Of a stretch of 64,000 bases of DNA, positions 1-13,404 are shown piece by piece. Made by a program: the position numbers and the translations under genes. The stretch is taken from assembly GCF_037042905.1 (NCBI RefSeq), contig NC_087251.1, forward strand, positions 41,976,001 to 42,040,000, read 5' to 3'. Below the pieces are notes generated by a model. The model worked only from the letters and a program-made list of their open reading frames with translations, did no database searches and was not told the origin of the DNA. The DNA comes from Lytechinus pictus (lineage: Eukaryota). Within the stretch, counting starts at the first letter, position 1; every line of letters begins with the position of its first letter.

Positions 1-340
1 TCACTGAACATCTCATGCCAGTTTCAGGTCACATGACCAAAGTCAAAGGTCATTTAAGGTCATTGAACTTTGGCCATTTTAGAGGTAATTATAAGATAGC
101 TGTCATAACTTTCAAAGTTTCTAGATATATTGTATAAAATGTGGATATAGGGGTAATCAAGTATCACTGACAATTTTTAGGTCACATGATCAAGGTCAAA
201 TGTCAATGAACGTAGTATTGTATCATTATATGAATGGTGTTTTTTGTGAATAATTATTTTATAGTAGTTTTCAAAGTCAGCACTGCTGCTATATTGAATC
301 GCGTGATGCAGGTGAGAGCGCCAGAGGCATTCCACTTGTC
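1..340. mobile_element. Fragment of an interspersed repeat, related to 4560-4770
   Basis: Shares collinear blocks with 4560-4770: CATAACTT..AAAGTTT, GGTAATCAAGTAT, TAGGTCAC.TGATCA.GGTCAAA and ATATTGAAT.GCGT.ATG. Confidence 0.6.
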
Positions 341-972
341 TACTTTTGAGTTCTCAACACCAAGTGTCTACTGAGGAGACTACTATAGGGCATGAAACAG
401 GCCCAAAACGAACAACAACAACAATATAGTAAATAGTGGTTGTAAAATATGAGCTGTGATTGGCTAGATTGGTACCACGTGACCTCCCTTCAAAAAAATA
501 TATTGTACATATGCACAATATATAAACTTTCAATTTTGGAGGGTAAAACCCGTATTAAATGAATGGGGAGAATATTGATCAATGGCAATGCGCATTATAA
601 CCAGTAAGCCCTGCGCGTCTGCATTTACTGAGCACATGCAATGCGTTGGATGTTAATTTTTATAGTGACGTCACCTTTTCCTGACCCGTGCAAGGTACAT
701 TATGAACGGTACATTTTGGATGGTACGTGTGCAACGGTACGAATGTTTGACATTCAGCCTCCCATTTGCTCGCGTACAACAATCTAAGTAGGCATTGTAC
801 AATTTGCTATAATAAATAGTGAACGTTCTATTATACAATATTACTGGACTATATGAACTCCAAATATTAAATTATCCCTCGTGCAGGTCTATTTCATATA
901 AATAAACCCGCACTCGGGATAATTTTACATTTGTAGTACATATAATCCAGTATATTAGATAGCCAAGCACGA

Positions 973-3945
973 TTGGTCCATAGCGCGTCACGTGATATGA
1001 TCGAAATCAATGTATTTTCCCAGCTGGTCCACCTTCGATGAATATATTGACCAACCGGTCCATGAATATATTTATCTACGTGTATGGCGCCCACTTGTGG
1101 ATTAGATGTTACCAATTACACAGAAATAAAATATGTGGGACTAAAGTAGCGATCGTTTGTAATTGATCAACACTCGATATCAATAAATTTTTCGAACCGG
1201 ACCGCGAAATTTAAGTGAGTCCGACAATGACAACTAGGAGCCTACTACGAGTTAGGTTCAACGTTAGGCCTTCTTCAGTTACTAAAATGGAGCCTAACTT
1301 AATTGTGTAACGTTAAACAGGAATAACCGTTATTTCTGAAATTCTGGGGATTTATATAACAATTTCTGGATAGATCTTTGACTTTGTACCGGTATTGAAT
1401 AGTGGAGCCAATGTTTTTAGCAGTTTTGAAACTTTTATAGTTTTGGATTTGGCCTAGGATCTAACGTTAACGTCAAAATTTATGGTGATGTCTGATGAGG
1501 AAAAAGATAAGCTTTTGGACGATAAAATTGGGTATTTAGATCTACATTTAGGCCTAGATCTAGTCTAGATCTAGGTCTAACGTTAGATCTAGAGTCTAGT
1601 ATAAGTTAACGTTAGGTCTAACTTTTTAACATGTTAGGCCTAACGTAAGATCTAACGTTTATAGGCTAGAGTCTAAAAGTTAGAGTAATCTAACGTTAAA
1701 TCTTGCTAACGACAAACGGAGTTAGATCTAACTTAGATCTAGTGCTAACGAGTCATTTGTTAGATTTGGTCCTGGACCGCCAACAGTAGATCTAGGCCTA
1801 CGCCGCAACCTAAGTTAGTCTGACTTAACGTTAGAACACTAGGTCTAGATCTAACATTAGGTCTAGACTTCTAGACCTAACTGTTAGATAATGTTTTATC
1901 TCATCCCCAATTTGGCCTAGACCCTAGATCAAAATCTGCACCTGATCATGGCCTAACATGCATTCTCGGTCTGCCTTGGGTCATGGACCTGGACTGGACT
2001 CTAACTTCGATCTAGGGCTGGGCCTAAACAAAGTTGATTTGATTAGAAAAGGGTCATTCACTGAGTAGTAGAATAATGTTACTTAGATCTAGATCTATAC
2101 CAGTTCCATCAATCACTGTGGCTATCATAAACAACTGGCTGCACGCATCTTTAGGCCTATCTTTATCTTCATCATTAAAGGCTATCTAATATAACAGATA
2201 TTGACTGATGGGATGTGTAAAAAAAAATTCTTTGGTCCATAGCGCATCACGTGATATGATCAAAATCAATGTATTTTCCCAGCCGGTCCACCTTCGATGA
2301 ATATATTGACCAGCCGGTCCACGAATATATTTTTCTACTTGTATGGCGCCCTCTTGTGGATTAGATGTTACAAATTACACGGAAATAACATACGTGGGAC
2401 TAAAGTAGCGATCGTTTGCAACCGATCAACACTCTTCGATCGTACCGTACCGCAGAATTTAAGTCCGACGACGACGAGCCTACTACAAGTTAGGTATAGA
2501 TCTAACAGAAAGGACAAGTCCACCCCAACAAAAAGTTGATTTAAATAAACAGAGAAAAATCCAACAAGTACAACACTGAAAATTTCATCAAAATCGGATG
2601 TAAAATAAGAAAGTTATGACATTTTTAAGTTTCGCTTAATTTCACAAAACAGTTATATGCACATCCTGGTCGGTATGCAAATGAGGGGACTGATGACATC
2701 ACTCACTCACTATTTCTTTCGTATTTTATTACATGAAATATGAAATATTCTAATTTTCTCCTCATTGTCCTGTGATACAAAGTTTTATTCCTCCCTGAAC
2801 ATGTGGCATTACCATTGTTATATTATTTTATGGTTCAGTTAAGTTGGTCCTTGATGTCAAATTGGTAGAAATTGAAATATTGTATAATTCAAACAATAAA
2901 AAACAAAAGAAATAGTGAGTGATGGACATCATTGATTCTCTCATTTGTATGTCACTGAGTTGTGCATGTAACTGTTTTGTGAAAAATAAGCGAAACTTTA
3001 AAATGTCATAACTTTCTGATTTTATATCCGATTTTAATCAAATTTTCAGCATTATGCTTGTTTGATTTTTCTCTATTTATTTGAATCAACACTTTTCTGG
3101 GGCAGACTTGACCTTTAAGGACTTCTTCAGTTATTTGTGTAGACAGGAATAACCATCATTTCTGAAATTCTGGGATTTATTTAACAATTTCTGGATATGT
3201 ATTGGTGAGTGGAGTCAATGAATTAACAGTTAGTTTAGCAGATAGAGACTGAAGCTTAGCTTACTTTTAAACTTTTAGTTTTTAATTGGTCTAACGTCAA
3301 CAAATTTGTGGTGATGTCTGATGAGCAATGAGGAAGAGGATAAGCTTTTGGACGATGAAATTGGGTAACTAGATCTAGATTTAGGCCTAGGCCAAGATCT
3401 AAGTTAGGTCTAACTTTTTAACGTGTTAGATATAGATCAAGGCTAGAGTCTAAAAGTTAGAGAAATCTAAATCTTGCTAACGACAACGTAAGTTAGTGTT
3501 AGCAAAACAGTTAGATTTGGTCCTGGCCCTGGTTTGACAACAGAAAGATCAGGACTATCACCAACAGTAGTCTGACATAGATCTAGATCTTACCTAGTCA
3601 TGTTTATCTCATCCCCAATTAGATCAGAATCTGCACCTCATGATGGCTCAACATGCATTCTCGATCTGACATGGGTCCTGGACCTGGACTAAATTAGATC
3701 TAATAAGTTAGGCCTAAACAAACTTGATTTTGATTAGAAAATGGGCATTCAATGCGTTGACTAACATTACTTATAAACCAGTTCCATCAATCACTGTGAA
3801 TATCATACACAACTGATCTACTGCACGCACCGTAGACCTAACTTTTTTAAGTTTAGATTTAACTTTAGAGCTTTCTTCATCATTCGAGCTATCTAATATA
3901 ACAGATATTGACTGATGGGGTGTGTAAAAAAACATTCTTTGGTCC
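973..3945. repeat. Diverged tandem duplication (unit 1 973-2231, unit 2 2232-3938) rich in short palindromes
   Basis: Both units begin TTGGTCCATAGCGC.TCACGTGATATGATC and end ...ACAGATATTGACTGATGGG.TGTGTAAAAAA..TTCT, each followed by TTGGTCC. They are collinear apart from the 2509-3116 insertion. Confidence 0.9.
2509..3116. mobile_element. MITE with long terminal inverted repeats (AAAGG...CCTTT)
   Basis: Left end AAAGGACAAGTCCACCCCAACAAAAAGTTGATT...TCAAAATCGGATGTAAAA is the imperfect reverse complement of the right end TTTTATATCCGATTTTAA...AATCAACACTTTTCTGGGGCAGACTTGACCTTT. It is absent from the duplicate copy and has TTAA at the right junction. Confidence 0.88.
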
Positions 3946-4559
3946 TCCTAAAGGATTTATATTTTCCCTCGTGATCATATTTTCCCTCAGTATATTACAC
4001 ACCCAATTAGTCTATATCTGTATAATATTGTACAGTAGATATAGTAGTAATATATTTTACACATCCCTACATGAAGTGTTTTTTTTTTCTATTCAAAGAT
4101 CTACATTTAACCCTTTGTGCAGATCACCACATTTGTTTACGAGTGTCTTTATAATATATTATTCATGGCATTGTTAATTAATTTGTTATAACTGAATACA
4201 TGTTTTTTTCTTCATTTTATTGGAAAGGAATGGATAAATTTCTTTGGGGGCTAATCCCCAAGTAGATAAAGATTGTTAGTATATATAATCATAATTATGA
4301 TTCAAACATTTACAAAGTTTGGGAAAGCAAGAAAAAAAAAGAGGTCCTCGGTTTCAAAAGGGGGGGGGGGCACACTTGGGTAAAAATGGCATATAACATT
4401 TTAATTATGACTCTCAAAAAGGGGGGGGGGACACGAGCCGGATGTGCCGCCCAATTATTCTTATCTTTGGTGTTTTTAACTTAGTTGTTTAACTATTTAA
4501 AGGGTATTACATAATGAATGCCTAAAAAAGTCTGGCCGTTTTGGGAGTATGTGTTGAAT

Positions 4560-4770
4560 TGGCATCATAACTTAGAAAGTTTATGGATCTAGCTCATGAA
4601 ACATCGACGTATTGGTAATCAAGTATGAATAATTGTTTTGCACATGTCTTAGGTCACTTGATCAGGGTCAAAGGTCATTTTGGGTCAATAGACATATTTT
4701 ATTATCATGTTAGTGTTTTCTTCTGTGATCAATTATTCATTAGCTGTTTTATATTGAATTGCGTAATGAT
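4560..4770. mobile_element. Degenerate second copy of the repeat at 1-340
   Basis: Same collinear blocks as 1-340, in the same orientation. Confidence 0.55.
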
Positions 4771-5099
4771 CATCAGGAAATAAGTGTTTTGATGTATTAT
4801 GACTAACTTTCAATATTAAGTGCTTTACTACAGGGGCCTTTTTCTAAAAGAATATTATCGAGAGAGGGGGTTGTTATTTTCAAATGCAAATTAATTTTTT
4901 ATCCCCCCCCCCTCCAATATCAATGGATGAAAAATGGTCTAAACTTTTTGAAGATCAAAATGTTGGATGATACTCCAATTTAATTCAAATTATTGAGTTT
5001 TTATCAAAGCTAATGCTTTTATGCCTGAATTATTTTAGTTTCACTTAAAAGTAAAAAAAATAACAATAATAAATGCATGCTTTGTAAAATCACAAAATA

Positions 5100-6085
5100 T
5101 GCAAGTATGAATTTTCTCCCAGATATGATTTAGAATTCATATGATTATAGGAATAATATTATATAATCCCCTTTCTATCCCTGCTATTCCAATGTTCTCC
5201 TCAGCCTTTCTCCTCTCCCATCCCTCTTTCTCTCCTCCTTCACTCTCCCTCCCTTCTACCAGACTTCCTGATACCCCTTCCCTAATTCCTGAACTCCCTT
5301 CAGATGCATAAACCAATTTATGCCAACACATTTATCATCAGCTTCTCAAACCAGCATTTCCTCACATTGTGCTTCTTTTTGCTGCTATCCTAAATGAAAG
5401 CCTTTATATAATTTTCTGCTTTACAATTCTTCGTTTTAATAATGAAACTTTTCCCAGCAATGGCTTAGTATTTGGATGATTGCATTGCTATTCACTTTCC
5501 CCTGACCCCTTTCTATCCCCCTTCAACCCCCCCCCCCCCTCTCTTCTGGGTCCTTTTCCTCTCTCCTCCTTCCCCCTCCCTCGCTTCTCCCTCTTTACCC
5601 TCCCCTTCTCCAATTATTTTGACTCTCTCCACATGTTTAAACCAATTTATGCCAACACATTTATTATCAGCTTCTCAAACCAGCATTTCCTCACATTGTG
5701 CTTCTTTTTGCTGCTATCCTAAATGAAAGCCTTTATATAATTTTCTGCTTTACAATTCTTCGTTTTAATAATGAAACTTTTCCCAGCAATGGCTTAGAAT
5801 TTGGATGATTGCATTGCTATTCACTTTCCCCTGACCCCTTTTTATCCCCCTTCAACCCCCCTCTCCTCTTCTGGGTCCTTTTCCTCTCTCCTCCTTCCCC
5901 CTCCCTCGCTTCTCCCTCTTACCCCTCCCCTTCTCCAATTCTTTGGACTCTCTCCACATGTTTAAACCAATTTATGCCAACACATTTATTATCAGCTTCT
6001 CAAACCAGCATTTCCTCACACCATGTCTCTTCCTGCAGCTATCATAAATGAATGCCTTTATATAATTTTCCACTTTGCTATTCAT
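5100..6085. repeat. Tandem repeat, about 3 units of ~325-329 bp, each with a pyrimidine-rich tract
   Basis: CCAATTTATGCCAACACATTT recurs at 5313, 5642 and 5967. The following blocks are near-identical; the first unit is more degenerate. Confidence 0.9.
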
Positions 6086-7930
6086 GTATTCACTATCCAT
6101 TGTTGCATTTCATGCAACAGTAGCGTTTCCTCCTTGAAGGCTGTAGTCTCAACAATTGCAAAATCCAAAATGAACAGTCTACCGTTCAAGGGCATAAGAA
6201 ATGAGGGTATTATGTTTTTCAGATGGAGTATCAGACGCTCAACGACAGCAGAAGCAAGAATATATTATAATAATAAAGAATTATTTATTTATCATGACCT
6301 GCTGGATACATTTGTATAGGTACAAGTTACAATTAATTGTACATCATTGCCATTAGTAACGAGATATTAGCCATACCCGTACATTATACTTGAATATTTA
6401 TCAACAGTATGTAATGCATAAAAATTCTGCTTTTTAGGAATCATAAACCATGTCCAAGTCCAAGACTTTCTTTTATGTCTATGATATCATTTGCAATGCA
6501 TATATATACACCTTCAACACTTATAGCCTTCATTACAGTTTGCAAAGAAACAATGTTAAAAATTGATGTCTGAAGCATAGACTACCTGACTTTGTCAAAT
6601 TACGTGATGGATCGGTTGGTGTAGATGTAAGTGAGCTGTATAGCGAATGGTGATAACTATACTGACCCAATTCCTTGTTTTGATTCATCAATACCAAGAT
6701 GCAACAAAGACAGAAAGAATGGCAATATATATTACTTCGATTGCTTGAGATTGAAGTAAAGGAAGTGGCTCTTTCGTTACATTGTCCAAGGGTAATTGTA
6801 AGAGAATTATTTGGGTCTTTCATTATCTTACCTCTGTTTGAAGTTTAATATCAAATCTGAAGAGATAGAAGGATGGTTGGGTAGGGAGCAAAATTTAAAA
6901 AAGGAGAGATGAATTAATCATGCATTTTTAAAAGATTTATTATGTGCCCATAACCCCATGAAAAAACGATGGCTTTGCAAGACGGGTATTATGCCTGTGG
7001 TAATTGGTTTATTCTTGATATAGAAAACGAATAATAGGGTATTGTATTTGCCAGAGCATGACACAAAACATTTTTCAAATTATTGAGAAAAGTGTTCTTT
7101 GTCTTATGTTGTGATTATCATAGTCCTTTATGAGAATTATTGTGCTCAACATGTTTATAAATTAAAAAAAAATCAATATTTCATCTTTCACTTTATGATT
7201 CACATTAATCTTTATTTTATTGAAAATGTAGCTAATAATTTATAATGTTATATTATCTGACATTTTAAACCAAATTGTGATTTAAAAAAAATTGTATTGT
7301 TGAGAAACGTGCTTTACTATAAGTATCTATGGTCTATGGATACTGATGACAAACAAAGTTACATAATTCAACCATTAACATATTGTACTTAAATAAAATT
7401 TGGAAAGGCATTTATTTGAATTTTAAATGATGAAAAATTAATGCATGTATGAATATCAATTCAATTTTTAGTCAACAGATACACAATATTGCAGCAGCAG
7501 AAGTTCAACTTCAATGAGTGATAAATTTCAGACTGCTCAGAATAGGTTTGAGCCTCTGCAACTAATGATTTACTCAAGTCAATATAGTTAACATGTGTAA
7601 TCATTATTCATTGAGCTGTAAAAGGAGGGGATAGAAATTATATATACACTGTACTAACTTCAAGCATGACAGATCATTTGTTTTAACTTTAAATAGATTT
7701 TATTGTTGCAGACTATTCTACTTTCTCATGGTTCTTAACCTTATCCTAATCTCGACAACATTATTGAATTATTTTATAATTGACTAGCTAAAAGAAAAAT
7801 GGGAGGGGTGTTCTCTATGAATTCGCCATCTGTGGAAGAGGGGAAGATGGTTTAAAGTGTGTCATCTTAGAATTGATTGTTTCTTGTGGAGTAGTGTGAG
7901 GTGTGAGGACTCCCTGCAGCTGTTCCAAGC

Positions 7931-8511
7931 CCCGGGGGGGGGGGGGCACTTACATTGACGAGTGGATACCATCTGCGACCAAATAAAACATGTAAAAAGG
8001 ATGTCTTTTTCAAGATAGGGCACGTTACGTACGTAACGTAATAAGGGTGTCAAAAACACTGAAATAATGAAAAAAGGGTATCTATTTCGCTAGTAAAGAT
8101 ACTTGTTTAGGGTCAAACTTGCGAGGGAATAAAAAAAGACTAAAATGTTTTATAAAGGATGTACTTTTTGCCCCGACAACACTACGTGTTTAGAGTCCAA
8201 TTTGCGCGAGGTTTTGGAGGCTGGACGACCGACGTCCGTCACATAACTAAAATATTGCTGTATTTGTTTAGTGGTTCAATGCAGGCAATACTTTCCAAGG
8301 GTATCGTTTTGCTTTCAATAATTGTTAAGGGTAGGTTTCACCATATATACTAATATCTCTATGGGTTTCACACGCCAATACTTGTTAAGGGGTGCATTTT
8401 TAGAATATGGAAAATACTTGTTAAGGGTGCTTTTTGAGACCCCGTGATCGCGCATGGTATCCACTCGTCAATGGAAGTGCGCCCCCCCCCCCCCCCCCCC
8501 CCCCCCCCGGG
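7931..8511. mobile_element. Non-autonomous TIR element with CCCGGG(G)n termini and a target-site duplication
   Basis: Left CCCG(n)CACTTACATTGACGAGTGGATACCAT; right ATGGTATCCACTCGTCAATGGAAGTGCG(C)nGGG. TTCCAAG flanks both sides (7923-7929 and 8512-8518). Confidence 0.9.
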
Positions 8512-9030
8512 TTCCAAGGTTTCTTGAATGAAGTGAAGATGTGAAAGGGGTCAGGGAGTTCGTTAAGATTGTTACTTACAATCAAGGTGGGGGCTGGTTG
8601 AAATGAGGGAACAGGGTGTGTAAGGTCAGGGAGTCTTACCATGAATCATTACCAGTCATACATTACCTGACAGCGCATACACTCATTCCTGTTTGTTTCC
8701 TTCCTTCTAAAGTTTCCTGAGAAATAAAACAAAATAAGATACTCTATGGTATTTATTAAAAATGAGTTTTACTTAGGGTGTATGCATTGAGTGAAGAGAT
8801 GGGAGATGGAGCCTGGAGGAGAGAGATAAATAGATAGAACGAAGGACTATTCATTCATACCTTATTGTCTGTGTGTTTCAGAGGGAGAGAGAAAGGGGGG
8901 ATATGGATGAGTGAAGGGAGGAAGAGTGGGTAAGATGGATTGAGAGAGAGAGAGAGTTGAAGATGGTGTGCTAAATAATGTCGATTTTCAGCCTTAAATG
9001 TAATTTGATATTAACCCAAACAGAAAAGTG

Positions 9031-10730
9031 AACATGAGGACGAATTAGGTGATCTGTCTCTGATTTTCGTGATCACGAATACAATCACCATGTTTATTGA
9101 GATCAATACGATGATCATATTGAAAACTGAACTTTTATTACGAAAAGAACATGTTGAATACTCTTGAAAAGAGGGAAATGAGAAGTTTTGTGAAATAGGT
9201 GTAGGTGATACACATGGTACATGTACATGTTATATTAAAAGGGTTTTAAACTATTTTATTGTGCAATTTTTTAACTTATATACCTTGTAATGGTCATAAA
9301 GGACCATTTGTGAAATGTTGAAAAGAAACAAAAAAGAAACAAAATTCTCATGTTCACCCCTGGGCTCGAACCCTGGACCCTAAGGACGCAAGTCTGATGC
9401 CTTATCAACTGAGCTACACTATTTCCCATAGACTTTACACATACCGTAAGCACTATTTCCCATAGACTTTACACATAAGCAAATTAAGAGGATCTCAAAT
9501 CCAATTTTGCAAGAGAAATACGGGCATGATCCCGGCATCTGATCGGAAAATGGAGACCACATTAACGATAGCTTACAATCTCAGCTACAACATATTCCAA
9601 GCTCAGAGAAAACCAACAAAAAGAAATGGAGATATGGCTCGCGAAATAGAAGAATGTAACATCCAGTTTTGAGAAAAAGTCATTTCCCATAGAGATTGCA
9701 CACAAAATGAGCGAAATTGACATGTCTCTATAACTTGCTATTTTTCAGGATGATCCGTTCCTTTAAATGTAAATATAGCCATCACATTAGAAAGAGTATG
9801 TCCTCAGCTACAACATTTAAAAAGCTGAGCGAAAATTGACAAATTTTTAAGGAGTTAGAGTCAAATTTGCATAATTATGATGACGTCATAAGTAGCACAA
9901 TGGAAATTTTGAGTTCCGACGCCATTTTGATGACATCATGATGAAATTAAGGGTCAAATGTGGCATGAAATCATATCTCCCATCCATACTCTATTCGAAT
10001 ATGAAAAAAATTGGGGGTCAACGGACTACCTGAAGAGCTATAATGAATTTTGTATAGGCATGTTTTTGCACATATATTGTCTATGGTTAGTGCGCGCGCG
10101 CATGCGTGCTGTAAACTTTGATGGAGGCTAATTCCGTTATTACTTGTCGTAGAAGGTTGATCAAGGTATCAAATTACTCAGAATTATATTATCATTGCAT
10201 TGATATAAAGAAAATGGCGATCCTATGCTCTATAGTGCCATTACGCACGAGAACGCGCGTGTACCCGTGCGCGTGCGCAAATTTTTGAAATGCTTAAAAT
10301 GACCTGATTCGTACCCTACTTAGGTCAAAAAGTGATTTTGAGCATTTTAAAATTTTGACGCGCGCATACGCGCACGTCGTGACCTTTACATGACCTTTGA
10401 TGACATGGGCAGTTGACCCTTTACCTGAAGTTAATGTGATGTAAATATTGTTAATTTTGATAATTAATAATGAAGATATGATTGATAATGTGATTTTACA
10501 AAATGGCGTCTAGATGACGTCATGATGACCTTTTGACCTTGAACCTGTTTCATACAGATGACAGGATAAGTCCCCATAACTGATGATACTTTGAAGAAAA
10601 TTGAAGATGTAGATTTTGAGATTTTACGCTAACAAGAAAAGGGTGGAAAAATAAGAAATAAATAAATAAATAATAAATAAAAAAGAAAATTCGTACAAAA
10701 TTAATAGTTGATCTGTCGATCACCTAATTA
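9031..10730. mobile_element. Helentron/HINE-like non-autonomous element (~1.7 kb)
   Basis: Sub-terminal inverted repeat AATTAGGTGATC (9043-9054) and GATCACCTAATT (10718-10729). Terminal hairpin GTTGATCTGTCGATCAC, GCGCGC- and TGACCTT-rich interior, (AAAT)n near the end, no ORF. Family assignment is inferred. Confidence 0.55.
9353..9419 (-). pseudogene. tRNA-derived sequence inside the 9031-10730 element
   Basis: The minus strand reads GTGTAGCTCAGTTGATAAGGCATCAGACTTGCGTCCTTAGGGTCCAGGGTTCGAGCCCAGG, with Pol III A box and B box. Anticodon and acceptor stems are not intact. Confidence 0.65.
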
Positions 10731-12550
10731 ATGAAAAACCTATTTTTAACTTGGCAACATATTAAGGTGCCTGGTGCACTTTTAAAAGTATACCACACAC
10801 AACACTTGCCTTATTCAACTTAGTGGAGATTCTGTAGCATGCATATTGACACAAATGCATGTTTCCGTTTATTTTCTTTCTTGATTCTGGTTCATTTCTC
10901 CAATTGTAAACAAAATGCTAATGGCTTTGTTAGTCTCCCTAAAGAAAGCAAATAAAACAAAATCTGTTTCACTTTCTCTTCTGAATGTAGCATTGACCGT
11001 TGTCATGCAATTTCTTAATCTACACTTGGGGAATAAAAGTATAATATCAGATCAGAGAAAAAAAAGTCACTAATATATTGACATATGTGCACAAACTCCA
11101 AGACTTCACTTCCTTCTCAATTTAGTTTCCTTTCTCTCCAGTTTGAATAAAAAACTTGAGATCTTACAGTGTATAATGTATCCAACAAAAAAAAATAAAA
11201 TCAGAATTCTCAGTTATATATTTTTTTCCTACATAGATAAATGATATATTTCATTGGCATAATCATAGATTTAAATTATATTACTGTATGTTGATATGAA
11301 AAGTTCATGCAGAGATGAGTATACTGCTGATATGAGGTGCATATCACTCTTGTCAAAATAAGCAAATACTGACAATTGTATAACTAGTATTTTACATCTA
11401 GTTTTGATGCATTTTTAGCATTATACTTTCTTGGTTTTTCTCTGTTTATTCAATTATTCATTTCAGATTATTTATCAATGATTTTTAGGGGTGTACTCGG
11501 TGCCTGAAGAATGATGTTATGCTAAATCTTCCACAAAATTATCATCTCAGCTATGATAACTAGGTCTAAATTAGAGCATATATAAAACTACTTTTGTCTG
11601 TCGTACGAGTGCAAGTAATCAATGAAGATACTAATACTTTAATAGAGTGCAACATCATTAGAGAATCTGCTTCCAAAAAAATTATTGAATTTTTTTTTGT
11701 CGTCGTGAGCATTCTGGAGGGGATGGCTCAAGAGTGTCAAAGTGGGGGACAGCTGTCGTGGAATTGTCTTACCCTACTATTGATTATTAAACCTGGTCTA
11801 ATGGACTCCTGGTATAATTAGCATAGCTATAGTTGACTGGTTGTGATTGGTCTGTACAGGCAGTATATTGATCTGGATTTACCAGAATGTTCAACATAGC
11901 AGCCTTTAAGAGAAGTTCAACCGAAGTCCAAGAAAGTTTAATTGGCACGCAAGAAAACGGATATGAGATTCATATTTTAAAAAATTATATGATATAGAAT
12001 ACACTCTAGAATATTAGTAAGGTATCAGAAGTTAAGATACAAAGAATCTGAACTGAGTAGCTATAAATTTATGTGTCTGACCATTTACTTACAAAACTAT
12101 TATCATCTTGAATAAAAAAAACTCTTGAACACATCAACTACATGTAGGTCTATAGTGACAGTAGATCAGTATAATTGAATAGGTCATTATTTCAAGAACT
12201 TCTGTCTATAGATTAGAGTTATAATTAAGTACATGGGCACTGGAAAACTAATGAAAAAAAGTCAAGATATGTTTCTGACTTCTTATATAAAAGTTTTGGT
12301 TGTGTGTGCGTATGTGTGTAAAAGATCTCTGTTACCCTGCACTTTCTTAAGCAGCTGTATACAGAACAGAAGAAATGTAATGTATATTCAGCTTACTTAT
12401 GCAGCACACTTATAATTAATCTTACTGGTAATTGATGAGCCTTCTTTTAGTTGAATATTATATACTATTGCTGGTGACTAGAAAACACCTTGAAAAGGAA
12501 ATAAAGAATGTTTTCCTTTCCTGCCCCAAGAAATGTCCATATCATCCTCA

Positions 12551-12785
12551 GCTGGATCCAGGGGCACTCCTCCAATATGAAGTGATAATGGAAATAGGCA
12601 GTTTTTTTTAATAAGACTATATTTGCCTTTATATTTTTGCCTTTCTAATCCCTTTTTTAGGAAGGCTGATTTTAAGTAATAACTTCCAATATTGGTGGTG
12701 GGTGTGTGTGTGTGTGTGTTTTTTTTTCAAGAAGAATATTTTGCCCCCCCCCCCTCCCTCATTTTGAAATTCTGGATCCACCCCT
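12551..12785. mobile_element. Degenerate MITE remnant (GGATCCAG...CTGGATCCACCCCT)
   Basis: GGATCCAG at the left; a poly-C tract then TTTTGAAATTCTGGATCCACCCCT at the right. Confidence 0.35.
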
Positions 12786-13404
12786 AATATCCTGCTGTAC
12801 ACATTGAGAAGTTAGTTAGTAAACATATTGAGCCCTATACCATGTTATAACCCAGGGTAAGTTCTAGGTAAAACGTGTTTATGCTGAAATCAAATTTACT
12901 AGTACCGTATATTCATCATGTTGAAGCTACTTTTTTTAACGTATCAGAAATAACCATAGACCCTCATTTTTTCTCAGTTTGATCGTTGAGGCCTGAAAAC
13001 TTCACATATATTTTTTGTAATTCTTTATGTCATTGTTTGCTGACTCCTTTGAATGTACTATGACTAATTTCATTTTACACCCCATATTCCTTTTAGTACA
13101 TGCTGTGCATAATTTCTAATCCAGTCTGTTTTGACAAATAATAAGACTTTGGTATCTACAAACAATTAACTCAACTCACAAACTGTAGTGTTTTCTGATT
13201 TATTTTATTTTTTAGTTTGAAGGAGCACACTAGATTTGCATGTACCTGCATCTTTGCAAACATGTTTCATTTCAGGGTCATCAGCCTTGGAACCATACCT
13301 TGATTTATTAGCATGATTATACTGTGTTTTCAAGAAAGCGGTTTCAAGATTACCTGCATCATAGTATTTCATACTTTGAATGTGAATGTGAAACTGTTAC
13401 AGTT

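Noticed and set aside
5100..6085. CRISPR-like array or repeated gene
   Set aside because: The units are ~325 bp without unique spacers, the context is eukaryotic, and the ORFs are low-complexity artefacts.
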